The notes below the pieces were generated by a model that made no database searches, had not been told where the DNA came from, and saw only the letters and a list, made by a program, of their open reading frames with translations. DNA of 38,578 nt, taken from Flavobacterium sp. GTDB taxonomy: Bacteria > Bacteroidota > Bacteroidia > Flavobacteriales > Flavobacteriaceae. Location: assembly GCA_043772515.1 (NCBI GenBank), contig JAYVGE010000052.1, forward strand, positions 1-38,578, read 5' to 3'. This document shows, piece by piece, positions 7,913 through 17,716 of the stretch (positions are counted from its first letter, which is position 1; the number at the start of each line of letters is the position of its first letter). The translations under genes were made by a program, and so were the position numbers.

Positions 7913-9397
7913 ATGGAACATACGGTAAGTATTGAACAAATACAAAATTTTGAAGGGAAGTATCCAAAACAATTGTGGTACTTATTTGTTGTAGAAATGT
8001 GGGAACGTTTCTGTTTTTATGGAATGCGGGGTGTTTTGGCATTTTTTATGGTTGATCAATTGGGCTTGATGGAAGGTAAGGCCAATTTGCAGTACGGAGC
8101 TATACAAGCGTTTGTCTATGCTTTTACTTTTATTGGAGGAATTTTTGCAGATAAAATTTTAGGATTCAAGAAATCATTACTCTTTGGGGGAATAATTATG
8201 ATTTTAGGAAACTTACTTATAGCCGCTTCTCCTCATGATTTCTTTTATTATGGAATTACACTTTCGATAATTGGTACTGGTTTTTTTAAGCCTAATGTTT
8301 CCTCAATGGTAGGAGAATTGTATCATGAAAAAGACGGGCGTAGAGATGCTGGTTACGGAATGTTTTATGCAGGGATCAACATTGGGGGAATGTTGGGAGG
8401 CGCAATCCCTATTTATTTAGGTAAAAATTATTCGTGGAGCTTGTGCTTTCTTTCGGCAGCTATCGTTATGACTATTGGAGTTGTAACTTTTCTTTTAACG
8501 AAGAAACATTTGGCTCCAATAGGAAATTCGCCTTTGCTAAATCAAACACCTAAGAAAAGAAAAACCTACGAAATAGCAGTTTATTTAGGGTCAATGATTG
8601 CGATTCCGCTTATCTATTTCATGGTCAAAAACTCCAGTTTTACGGAGTATTTTATGTACACCATTGGGGCTGTTGCCCTAATTTATTTTTCGTATGAGTT
8701 GTTGAATTTAAAAGAGCGTTCGCAACAATATAAATTGGGAGCGGCCTTTATATTTATATTCGGTTATTTCATGTTCATGGCTATATCGGAACAATCGGGA
8801 GGGTCATTATCGTTATTTGCAAAAGATAATTTGTCTAGCAACTTATTGTTTTTTACTATCGATCCCAATGTAATCAATAATAGTGTAAATTCATTATTTG
8901 TTGTTATTTTTAGTCCATTAATTGGTTTGCTTTGGATTTTTATGTACAAACGAAAAATAGAACCTAATACGGTAATTAAGTTTGGATTATCCTTTATATT
9001 CCTAGCAGCTGGTTTTTTTATATTTTATAGTGCTAGATTTTTTGTAGATGACAAAGGTTTGAGTTCACTTAACATCTTTGCATTGGGTTATTTGGTTTAT
9101 ACCATTGGGGAATTGTGTATTGGCCCAATCGGGATGTCTGTTATTACCAAACTTGCGCCAAAAAAACTTTTTGGGATGATGATGGGATTGTGGTTTCTTG
9201 CAAGTGCATTCGGTCAATTTGCTGCGGGTAAACTAGGTGCAGAAATGTCAGAATCTAACACTGGAACTACTCTTATGTCTAAATTAATTGCTTATACAGA
9301 CGGTTATTATCAATTGGCTATTTATTCTTTTGTAGCGGGTATTGTTTTAATATTATGCACACCGTTAATTAAAAAATTAATGCAAGATGTAAAATAG
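7913..9397 (+). CDS. POT family transporter 3
   Basis: EMWERFCFYGMR, GTGFFKPNVS and FYAGINIGG motifs. Confidence 0.95.
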   Translation: MEHTVSIEQIQNFEGKYPKQLWYLFVVEMWERFCFYGMRGVLAFFMVDQLGLMEGKANLQYGAIQAFVYAFTFIGGIFADKILGFKKSLLFGGIIMILGNLLIAASPHDFFYYGITLSIIGTGFFKPNVSSMVGELYHEKDGRRDAGYGMFYAGINIGGMLGGAIPIYLGKNYSWSLCFLSAAIVMTIGVVTFLLTKKHLAPIGNSPLLNQTPKKRKTYEIAVYLGSMIAIPLIYFMVKNSSFTEYFMYTIGAVALIYFSYELLNLKERSQQYKLGAAFIFIFGYFMFMAISEQSGGSLSLFAKDNLSSNLLFFTIDPNVINNSVNSLFVVIFSPLIGLLWIFMYKRKIEPNTVIKFGLSFIFLAAGFFIFYSARFFVDDKGLSSLNIFALGYLVYTIGELCIGPIGMSVITKLAPKKLFGMMMGLWFLASAFGQFAAGKLGAEMSESNTGTTLMSKLIAYTDGYYQLAIYSFVAGIVLILCTPLIKKLMQDVK

Positions 9398-9447
9398 CAG
9401 ATGCAGTTAGGTGTTTTTTTTGTATACATTTGCTAAAAGAAAAAATT

Positions 9448-9963
9448 ATGAAAAAAATAATACTCACTTTATTTTTAGTCTTAGGTTCTCTAACTATGCA
9501 AGGGCAAGAATTAGTTTGGGAAACCGATGTAAATGTTGCATCAAAAATTGCTAAGAAAGAAAAAAAACCATTATTGTTGTTTTTTACAGGAAGTGATTGG
9601 TGTGGCTGGTGTATCCGATTGCAAAAGGAAGTGCTTAAAACACCCGAATTTGCAAAATGGGCTAAGGAAAATGTGGTTTTGGTAGAATTAGATTATCCTA
9701 GAGCTTCATCTCAATCCGATGCGATTAAGAAACAAAATAGCGAATTGCAACAAGCTTTCGGAATTCAGGGGTATCCCACAATTTATTTTGCCAATGGCGT
9801 TGCCAAAGACGGAAAAGTAAATTTTCAAGGGTTGGGTAGTACGGGCTATGTTGCGGGAGGACCTAGTGCCTGGTTGGCGGTTGCCGACGGAATTCTTAAA
9901 TCGAATTCGGCAGTAAAATCGCTCGAACCAGTTGCAAAAAAAGTAAATAGTAAGAAGTCGTAA
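9448..9963 (+). CDS. Exported thioredoxin-fold thiol-disulfide oxidoreductase
   Basis: Signal peptide from MKKIIL, FTGSDWCGWC active site and GYPT cis-Pro loop. TACATTTG -7 element at 9425-9432. Confidence 0.9.
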   Translation: MKKIILTLFLVLGSLTMQGQELVWETDVNVASKIAKKEKKPLLLFFTGSDWCGWCIRLQKEVLKTPEFAKWAKENVVLVELDYPRASSQSDAIKKQNSELQQAFGIQGYPTIYFANGVAKDGKVNFQGLGSTGYVAGGPSAWLAVADGILKSNSAVKSLEPVAKKVNSKKS

Positions 9964-9969
9964 TGATTT

Positions 9970-12006
9970 TTAATTGAGTTTATAATATCCCTTTTCACCC
10001 GTAGCGTGAAAAGGGATTTTTTGTTTTGTACAAGTGGCTTGCCAATAGATTAGATTACTTTTATAATTGGATGCATCGGCGATTACCGTTTTTGGTTTTA
10101 GTATTTGTAGTAAACGCTCTATGTTTAGCTTAGGATTTTGTGTTAATAAAAGGATGTCTGGCTTTGTATTTTGCGGATAGACGCCTGAACTATCAAGAAT
10201 CATAATTTTTTTTTGATTGAAATAATTCAAGTTTTGAATTCTTTTTTTGGAATAAATTTTGCTAAAAGAGCCTGTCAAGTAGCTTGTTAAAATGGGGTTT
10301 TTATGAGCTGTTTTCAAAAGACTATCATTGGCAAAGAGGGTTACTTTTTTTCCGTTTCGAGTTACAATTAGGGTATTCTTTTTCGAGTTCAAAACAATCC
10401 ATTCTTGTTTGTTCTCAAGCTGCCACAAATTGGTAATAAATGTGATTTGCACCACTATAATTGTAAATAATAGCAGGACAAATTTGTTGTAATTTGGCTT
10501 TTTGAACCAAACAATTACGGCTAGAATAAAAAGATAACTGCTTATTAAAAACGAAGTGTTTAAAGAAATGTCGCGAATGATAAATTGTTCTAATGAGGCA
10601 ATGGTGTTTATAATTGTATTCATTCCGAAAATGGTGTATTGCAATATTTTATTCAGAATCACGAATCCAATATCAAAAGCGGCGAGTAGCATAACTAGGG
10701 CACCGACTGCCATAATTAGTGTTAGCGCAGGAATTATAAGTAGATTGGTAACAAAGAATAGTCCTGGAAACTGATGAAAGTAATAAATACTTAAGGGCAA
10801 CGTTCCTATTTGTGCCGCTAAGGATACGGTAAGAATGTCCCATAGATAGGTTGCAATTTTATTTTTTGGCATCCAAATTGAGGACAGTAGCGGTTGTAGC
10901 CAAAGAATAAAAAACAAAGCAATATAACTTAATTGAAACCCAACGTCGAATAAAAAGAACGGTTGAAAAATTAAAATCAGTAAAATGGAGACCAATAAAG
11001 TATGGTAACTATTTTTGCTCCTTCGAAGGTGATCTGCTATAGCGACAAAAGAAAACATGGCTACCGATCGAACCACAGAAGGGGCCAAGCCCGCCAATAT
11101 TCCGAAAAGAAATAAGGAGACAAGTAGTAGTAGTAATTTGAGTAAAGATCCTCGTTTGGTATTGGGTATTGGTCGGAGCAAAAAGGTAACAAAGAGTAGT
11201 ATAAAGCCAATGTGCAATCCAGATACCGACAATATATGTACGGCTCCTGCATATTGATAATCTCGAATAATTTCTGGATCAATGTCTTGTTGTTGCCCCA
11301 TTATCAAGGCTATAGCGACGTTTAATTCTGCTTTTTGGAAGTTGTTTTTTTCTAGATTTCGAATAATTATGGTTTTTAATCGTGAGGAGTAATACCAAAT
11401 ATCTTTTACTTTTTGGAATCCAATTTTTATATTGTTCCAATCGCAATAGATTTGGGCATAGATTTGTTTGTTGTCGAGGTAGTTGCTGTAATCAAATTGG
11501 TACGGATTTTTGGGAGGATTGTTTTTGGATAAAATGCCTCTAATTTGCAAAATAGTTCCGGTTGTTAGAGGTTTGTTGGTGTTGTTTGTGCGGATATTGA
11601 CAAGTATTCTTCCTGTTTGTGGTTTGTTGTCAATTTGTTTTACAATTGCCACATAGCGCTCATTGGAACTTGAATTTCTCAATTTTTCTCGAATAACAAT
11701 CGTTACTAAATGTTGTTTCTCAAAAAGCGAGGGATGGCGTGTATAATTGTCTTTTTGAAAATAATGCGTGTGAGCAATTAAAGTGATTATGCCAATGGAG
11801 CAAGAGAGTAGGTAAGTGGTGATGCCAAAATAGAGGGTATTCGTTTTTTTTTGCTTTGAAAAATAATAAGCTATCAAAAAAAACGTGGCTGTAATAAAAA
11901 GGAAAATGCACGCTGTCTCCGGTTTTAACTTGAAATAATAGGCCAATACGATTCCGAAAATAAACCCGAAAGTGATTCTCGCCAAAGGGAATTGTAGTAT
12001 TCTCAT
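9970..12006 (-). CDS. comEC: ComEC/Rec2 family competence protein
   Basis: GAVHILSVSGLHIG, PSVVRS and FDVGFQLSY motifs in a multi-TM protein. Start placed at MRILQFP. Confidence 0.93.
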   Translation of the reverse strand: MRILQFPLARITFGFIFGIVLAYYFKLKPETACIFLFITATFFLIAYYFSKQKKTNTLYFGITTYLLSCSIGIITLIAHTHYFQKDNYTRHPSLFEKQHLVTIVIREKLRNSSSNERYVAIVKQIDNKPQTGRILVNIRTNNTNKPLTTGTILQIRGILSKNNPPKNPYQFDYSNYLDNKQIYAQIYCDWNNIKIGFQKVKDIWYYSSRLKTIIIRNLEKNNFQKAELNVAIALIMGQQQDIDPEIIRDYQYAGAVHILSVSGLHIGFILLFVTFLLRPIPNTKRGSLLKLLLLLVSLFLFGILAGLAPSVVRSVAMFSFVAIADHLRRSKNSYHTLLVSILLILIFQPFFLFDVGFQLSYIALFFILWLQPLLSSIWMPKNKIATYLWDILTVSLAAQIGTLPLSIYYFHQFPGLFFVTNLLIIPALTLIMAVGALVMLLAAFDIGFVILNKILQYTIFGMNTIINTIASLEQFIIRDISLNTSFLISSYLFILAVIVWFKKPNYNKFVLLLFTIIVVQITFITNLWQLENKQEWIVLNSKKNTLIVTRNGKKVTLFANDSLLKTAHKNPILTSYLTGSFSKIYSKKRIQNLNYFNQKKIMILDSSGVYPQNTKPDILLLTQNPKLNIERLLQILKPKTVIADASNYKSNLIYWQATCTKQKIPFHATGEKGYYKLN

Positions 12007-12113
12007 AAAACTAAAATACAAAATATTTTCAAAACACTGCTAACGCCTTTGTAATTAGTGTTTTATTTTCTTTGAAGTTTTTTTGAAAACAATGGCTGTT
12101 TTCCCCCTGAAGT

Positions 12114-12220
12114 TGCGTGAAGGATGGTAGTGGAGCTCTTTTTTATTGGGCTTTTTTGCCCAATAAAAAAAGCGGGAACGCACAGCCTGACCCGAAGTTT
12201 TTTACGGAGGGGCACGCCCA
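12114..12220. repeat. Nested-hairpin intergenic repeat element
   Basis: Outer GCGTG...CACGC with an inner perfect 13-bp stem TTTTTTATTGGGC/GCCCAATAAAAAA. GC-rich relative to its flanks and similar in layout to 24991-25070. Confidence 0.7.
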
Positions 12221-12251
12221 AATTCAGATTTTAATTGTTTTGTCCTGAGAT

Positions 12252-13364
12252 TTATCCCAAATTGGCGACAATCAATTTTGCGGTTTTCTCGCTAGCTCCT
12301 ATTCCGCCTAGTTTTGTTTCTAGAATATCGTATTGCTCCAAAAGTGTTGTACGATAGTTAGGGTCGAGTATTTTTGTTAATTCCTCCCGTATTCGTTTGG
12401 TGGTACAGTCTTCCTGAATTAATTCGGTTACCACTTCTTGGTCCATAATTAAGTTGACTAGCGAAATGTATTTTAGGGTTATAATTCTTTTTGCAATTTG
12501 ATAAGAAGCCCAGCTGCCTTTGTAGCAAACTATTTCGGGGACTTTGAAAAGTGCTGTTTCTAGGGTTGCTGTTCCAGATGTAACGAGCGCTGCATGAGCA
12601 TTTCGCAATAAATCGTAGGTTTTGTTGCTTATAAATTTGATGTTGTCATTGGTTATAAATCCTTGGTAAAAGGTGTATTCCTGACTTGGTGCTCCGGCAA
12701 TTACAAATTGGTATTCGGAAAAATCAGTCACTACACTTAGCATAACCGATAGCATTTTGGTAATTTCTTGTTTTCGGCTTCCTGGAAGAATTGCGATTAT
12801 GGGTTTTTGGTTTAATTGGTTTTCTTTTCTAAAAGCGGTTGAACTTATTAAAGGCTGATTGTGAATGGCATCGATTAAGGGATGTCCGACAAAGACTACC
12901 GGAAAATGGTGCTTGTCTTGGTAAAATTCTTTCTCAAAAGGCAGAATCACATACATTTTGTCGATATCGTGTTTGATGGCCGTGATGCGACTTTCTTTCC
13001 AAGCCCAAATTTGAGGCGAAATGTAATAATGGTTTTTGAACCCCAATTTTTTAGACCATTTGGCAATACGCATATTAAACCCAGGATAATCTATAAAAAT
13101 AATAACGTCGGGCTGAAAAGTAAGAATGTCGGCTTTGCAAATTCTGATGTTGTTCAGGATTGTTTTTAGATTAAAAATGACTTCGATAAATCCCATAAAA
13201 GCGAGTTCGCGATAATGTTTGACCAAATTTCCGCCCACATTTTGCATTAAGTCGCCTCCCCAAAACCGAATGTCGGCTTTTGGGTCTTCGTTATATAATG
13301 CTTTCATCAGATTCGAACCGTGTAGATCGCCAGAGGCTTCTCCTGCTATAATGTAATATTTCAT
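12252..13364 (-). CDS. lpxB: Lipid-A-disaccharide synthase
   Basis: IAGEASGDLHG, IDYPGFN, YYISPQIWAW, LPGSRKQE and TSGTATLE motifs. Start placed at MKYYII. Confidence 0.97.
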   Translation of the reverse strand: MKYYIIAGEASGDLHGSNLMKALYNEDPKADIRFWGGDLMQNVGGNLVKHYRELAFMGFIEVIFNLKTILNNIRICKADILTFQPDVIIFIDYPGFNMRIAKWSKKLGFKNHYYISPQIWAWKESRITAIKHDIDKMYVILPFEKEFYQDKHHFPVVFVGHPLIDAIHNQPLISSTAFRKENQLNQKPIIAILPGSRKQEITKMLSVMLSVVTDFSEYQFVIAGAPSQEYTFYQGFITNDNIKFISNKTYDLLRNAHAALVTSGTATLETALFKVPEIVCYKGSWASYQIAKRIITLKYISLVNLIMDQEVVTELIQEDCTTKRIREELTKILDPNYRTTLLEQYDILETKLGGIGASEKTAKLIVANLG

Positions 13365-13389
13365 TTTGTTATTTTTTGGGACGCTTTTT

Positions 13390-13662
13390 TTATACAAAAA
13401 TAGTGACGATTGCCGTGATAATTACTGCTAAAACAACACCGCGAGCTATCAGTTCTTTGTCGATTTGGAGTAAAATACCAAAAGCAATCAAGTCTAGAAT
13501 GGTGCCGAGTGTTATTATTTTGCCAAGATGTCCTTGTTCTTTCATCGCTAGTATTCCTGAAATGAACCCAAAATGGGTAAACAGCGTAATGTAAAGATAG
13601 CAACCGAGTAGGGCAATCAAAAGACCAAGAACAAAACCTTTGAGTAAATCGATGCTATTCAT
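13390..13662 (-). CDS. Small membrane protein of unknown function (3 predicted TM segments)
   Basis: 90-aa hydrophobic ORF overlapping the surE stop, in operon position between surE and lpxB. Confidence 0.8.
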   Translation of the reverse strand: MNSIDLLKGFVLGLLIALLGCYLYITLFTHFGFISGILAMKEQGHLGKIITLGTILDLIAFGILLQIDKELIARGVVLAVIITAIVTIFV

Positions 13663-14434
13663 TCCAATTCCAGTTTGTTAGTTTTTGTATGGAGTGATGT
13701 GCCGTCAAATCAAATTGCACAGGAACGACCGATATGTATCCGTTTGCAAGGGCCCATTCGTCGGTATCTTCGCCTTTGTCTTGGTTTACAAATTCACCCG
13801 ATAGCCAGTAATAATCTTTGCCCTGTGGCGTTTGTCTTTTGTCAAATTTTTCCATCCAAATTGCTTTTGCCTGACGACAAATTTTTATTCCTTTGATGTC
13901 TTTCTCCTTCATTTTAGGGAAGTTGACATTCAGAACAACCCCGTCTGGCAAGTTGTTTTCTAAAACTTCAATGGTTATTTTTCTGACAAATGATTTAGTG
14001 CTTTCAAAATCGGCATTCCAATCGTAATCCAGTAACGAGAAACCAATAGCTGGAATTCCTTCGATACCCGCTTCGACCGCAGCACTCATTGTCCCAGAAT
14101 AAATCACGTTTATAGAAGAGTTGGAGCCATGATTAATTCCCGAAACACATAAGTCGGGTTTTCTTTCTAGAATTTCATGGACAGCAAATTTTACGCAATC
14201 TACAGGTGTGCCCGAGCAACTATATTGTGTTATAGAATCATTTTCTTTAGATATTTTAGAGATGTGTAAGGTGCTGTTTATTGTAATAGCGTGACCCATA
14301 GCGCTTTGTGCTTTGTCTGGAGCTACGACGACTACTTCGCCAATTTCTGACATTACGGCTATTAATGTTCGTATGCCTGGTGCAGTAATTCCATCGTCAT
14401 TGGTGACTAATATCAAAGGTCTTTTTTGTTTCAT
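13655..14434 (-). CDS. surE: 5'/3'-nucleotidase SurE
   Basis: ILVTNDDGI, GTPVDCV, SGINHGSN and YSGTMSAA motifs. ATG at 14434; TACATTTG at 14484-14491 on the minus strand. Confidence 0.97.
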   Translation of the reverse strand: MKQKRPLILVTNDDGITAPGIRTLIAVMSEIGEVVVVAPDKAQSAMGHAITINSTLHISKISKENDSITQYSCSGTPVDCVKFAVHEILERKPDLCVSGINHGSNSSINVIYSGTMSAAVEAGIEGIPAIGFSLLDYDWNADFESTKSFVRKITIEVLENNLPDGVVLNVNFPKMKEKDIKGIKICRQAKAIWMEKFDKRQTPQGKDYYWLSGEFVNQDKGEDTDEWALANGYISVVPVQFDLTAHHSIQKLTNWNWNE

Positions 14435-14648
14435 GCTTGGTGTTTTCAAAAAGTAAAAGGATACTAATTTAAGTTATTTGAAACAAATGTAGTAACAGAA
14501 ATGTTGAAATCAGGAACAAATAAAATAAATTTTATCAACAGGGACGTTTTAACATTAAAGAAAAAAACAATTTTATATCTTTAACAAAAATTTGTGCGAT
14601 CCTTTTATTTAAGGGCAATATTTTTGCGTTAACTTAGATTAAAAATTG

Positions 14649-16826
14649 ATGAATACTATTACTAGCTTTATGAAAAGAAATTACAAAATAATACTTGTTG
14701 TTGTCTGTTTGTCGGCAACATTGTTTGCATTTAATAGTAATGCAAAAAAGGAGGTTGATCCTGATAAAGACAGATTGCTGTTAGAATTATTAACATTTGT
14801 TATAGAAAAAGGGCATTACAATCCAGCTACTATTGATGACGCTTTTTCCAAAGGAATTTACAAAGATTATATAAAAGCGTTGGATCCTTCCAAACGTTTC
14901 TTCTTGCAATCGGATATTACCGAATTCTCTAAATTCGAAACCGAATTAGACGATCAATTAATCAATAAGGATTTAAGTTTTTTTGAGCTTACTTACACCC
15001 GTTTGATGAAAAGAGTCGAAGAAAGCAAGAAAATTTACAAAGAGGTATTGGCTGTGCCTTTTGATTATTCTACAGATGAAAGTTTTAATGTAGATTACGA
15101 AAAAGCACCCTATTCTAATAATGCAAATGAGTTGTCTGAAAAGTGGAGGAAGCAGATGAAATTATCGACACTTTCTTCTATTGTTGATAAACAAAAATTA
15201 GAAGAGGATAATAAGAAAATGGACGCTAATTATGTAGTAAAATCTTTTGAAAAACTAGAAAAAGAAACCAGAGAAAGTACTTTGGTTACCTTAAATGATT
15301 CTTTCGGATTTATGGCCGAACTAAATAGAGAAGATTGGTTTAATCTTTATATAAATTCAATCATGTCTCGTTTTGATCCTCATACCGAATATTTGGCACC
15401 TGAAGAAAAAGAACGTTTTGATGTGAGTATAAGCGGAAAACTAGAAGGTATTGGTGCTCGTTTACAAAAGAAAAATGACTTTACGGTAATTGATGAACTT
15501 ATTTCTGGAGGCCCAGCTTGGAGAGGGAAACAACTAGAAAAAGGCGATATGATAATGAAAGTGGCGCAAGGAAATGCAGAGCCAGTTGATGTTGTTGGAA
15601 TGCGTTTGGATGATGTAGTCAAAAAAATAAAAGGACCGAAAGGATCTGAAGTAAGGCTCACAGTAAAAAAAGTAGATGGTACGATAAAAATTATTACTAT
15701 AATTAGAGATATTGTAGAGATTGAAGAAACGTATGCGAAATCTAGTATTGTTGAAAAAAACGGATTGAAATACGGCGTGATTTATTTGCCTAAATTTTAT
15801 ATCGATTTTGAAAATAAAGACGGTAGAGATGCAGGAAAGGATATTGCTATAGAAGTAGATCGATTAAAAAAAGAGGGTGTGAGTGGGATTGTTCTAGACG
15901 TACGTAACGATGGTGGTGGTTCTTTGTCTACGGTTGTTGATATTGCGGGTTTATTTATTGAGCAAGGACCAATTGTTCAAATCAAATCGGCTGGTAAAAA
16001 GAAAGAGATTTTATTCGATACAGATTTAAAAGTAGAGTGGGACGGTCCTCTGGTTATTATGGTCAATGGGTTTTCGGCTTCGGCCTCAGAGATTTTGGCA
16101 GCTGCAATTCAAGATTATAAGAGAGGAATTATTATTGGTAGTAAGCAAACCTACGGAAAAGGAACTGTGCAAAATGTAATTGATTTGAATGGATTTGTGA
16201 GAAATAGCTCGGTTGGAGATTTAGGAGCTTTAAAAACGACCACTCAAAAATTTTATAGAATAAACGGAGGGTCTACACAACTCGAAGGCGTAAGCAGTGA
16301 TGTGGTTATGCCAGACAGATATGCTTATCTAAAAATGGGAGAACGCGACGAAGAAAGCGCCTTACAATGGGACAAAATAGACGCAGCCAGCTATACCGTT
16401 TGGAAATACAATGGTAAGTTTGAGCAAGCCATTGCTAACAGTAAATTGAGAATTAAAAACAATACCAATTTTCAATTGATTGAAGACAATGCAAAATGGA
16501 TTGATAGTAGAAGTGAAGACAATAACTATAGCCTGAATATAGACAAGTATAAAATTGCTCAGAATCAAATAGAAAATAGTGCTAAAAAATACAAGCCAAT
16601 TGTCGATTATAAAAACAGTTTGAAGTTTACATCGTTGCCAAATGAAATTGAGGGAATGAGTAAAGATTTGGCACTTAAGGAGAAAAGAGATAGATGGCAT
16701 GAAAGCTTGTCTAAAGACATCTACGTAGAAGAAGCATTGAACGTTTTGGATGATTTACAGAATAAAGCTATTGTAAAAAGAAGCCCAGTTGTTGTAAATA
16801 AAAAAGGGAAATTAGTCAAAAATTAG
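14649..16826 (+). CDS. prc: Carboxy-terminal processing (tail-specific) protease, S41A
   Basis: DPHTEY, PDZ domain (LEGIGARL), DVRNDGGGSL, SASASEI and TYGKGTVQ motifs. Confidence 0.93.
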   Translation: MNTITSFMKRNYKIILVVVCLSATLFAFNSNAKKEVDPDKDRLLLELLTFVIEKGHYNPATIDDAFSKGIYKDYIKALDPSKRFFLQSDITEFSKFETELDDQLINKDLSFFELTYTRLMKRVEESKKIYKEVLAVPFDYSTDESFNVDYEKAPYSNNANELSEKWRKQMKLSTLSSIVDKQKLEEDNKKMDANYVVKSFEKLEKETRESTLVTLNDSFGFMAELNREDWFNLYINSIMSRFDPHTEYLAPEEKERFDVSISGKLEGIGARLQKKNDFTVIDELISGGPAWRGKQLEKGDMIMKVAQGNAEPVDVVGMRLDDVVKKIKGPKGSEVRLTVKKVDGTIKIITIIRDIVEIEETYAKSSIVEKNGLKYGVIYLPKFYIDFENKDGRDAGKDIAIEVDRLKKEGVSGIVLDVRNDGGGSLSTVVDIAGLFIEQGPIVQIKSAGKKKEILFDTDLKVEWDGPLVIMVNGFSASASEILAAAIQDYKRGIIIGSKQTYGKGTVQNVIDLNGFVRNSSVGDLGALKTTTQKFYRINGGSTQLEGVSSDVVMPDRYAYLKMGERDEESALQWDKIDAASYTVWKYNGKFEQAIANSKLRIKNNTNFQLIEDNAKWIDSRSEDNNYSLNIDKYKIAQNQIENSAKKYKPIVDYKNSLKFTSLPNEIEGMSKDLALKEKRDRWHESLSKDIYVEEALNVLDDLQNKAIVKRSPVVVNKKGKLVKN

Positions 16827-16860
16827 GCTACTTATTTAGAAGTGCAGATTCATATAACTT

Positions 16861-16900
16861 AAACGCCAGTGAAATTCAAAAGAGTTTCTCTGGCGTTTTT
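16861..16900 (+). terminator. Rho-independent terminator after the protease gene
   Basis: AAACGCCAG...CTGGCGTTT stem followed by T residues, 35 nt after the stop. Confidence 0.8.
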
Positions 16901-17084
16901 GGTTGTAAATTTTGTATGATTGGTTGTTTTTAATCTTTGTGTTTAGAATGATTTATAAATAGATGATCTGTAACGGTACTAAGTAAGTGTTTTAAAATAA
17001 ATTGTACCATTACTTTACTATGTTCCTATTTTATAGGAGTTCCGTGAACTTCTTTTTTCCTCGTTCTTTTGCCTTAGCTAGGAG

Positions 17085-17213
17085 TTGTGAGGCGCGAAGC
17101 AAAGCAATCGCATTAAAAATAGTTCAATAGTCCAGTTATTTAAAGCCAACACTCCTGCTCGCCCATCTTTTCTACAAAGGATGACGTCTTGATTGCCACG
17201 TTCCTCGCAAGAC
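17085..17213. repeat. Inverted pair of degenerate TTGCGAGGAACG..GCAATC-type repeats
   Basis: TTGTGAGGCGCGAAGCAAAGCAATC (17085-17109) faces GATTGCCACGTTCCTCGCAA (17191-17210). A third half-copy is at 28091-28115. Confidence 0.65.
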
Positions 17214-17716
17214 CAAAATAACTTCGTCAATTCTGTACGCTTTATTTCAAAACCTTTACTAAATAATAATTTTTGACATAGATTTCAAAGATTTTTTTTA
17301 ATAAATATAATTCACTTTTTTCTAATCTCGGGTAATCTTTTAAATTCTACCGAACTCTTTTCGAAAATTCGTTTTTTTGCGTTTTGGCTTTAGCTAATCC
17401 GTGTCATCCGCGTTCCATTTATAAGGCTTTTCTCCTTTAGCAACTCTTTGTCAAAGTCTCCAACCACTTTCTTGAAATCTGTGGCAAAAAAATATAATTA
17501 GTCCGCTTTTCTGATAGTTATATATAAAAATAATTGCATTCGTTATTGTAAAATAGTCCAATTGTCAGTTCAAGCTCAGTCGAGAACCATTATAAAATCT
17601 TGACTTAATTATATTTTGAGTAAAGCCGAATAGATTCGATGTGACAAAAAAAGAATTGAATCTAGGAATTATAATGAACGCACAAAGTGTATTACTTACT
17701 ATCAATATCAGTACTT

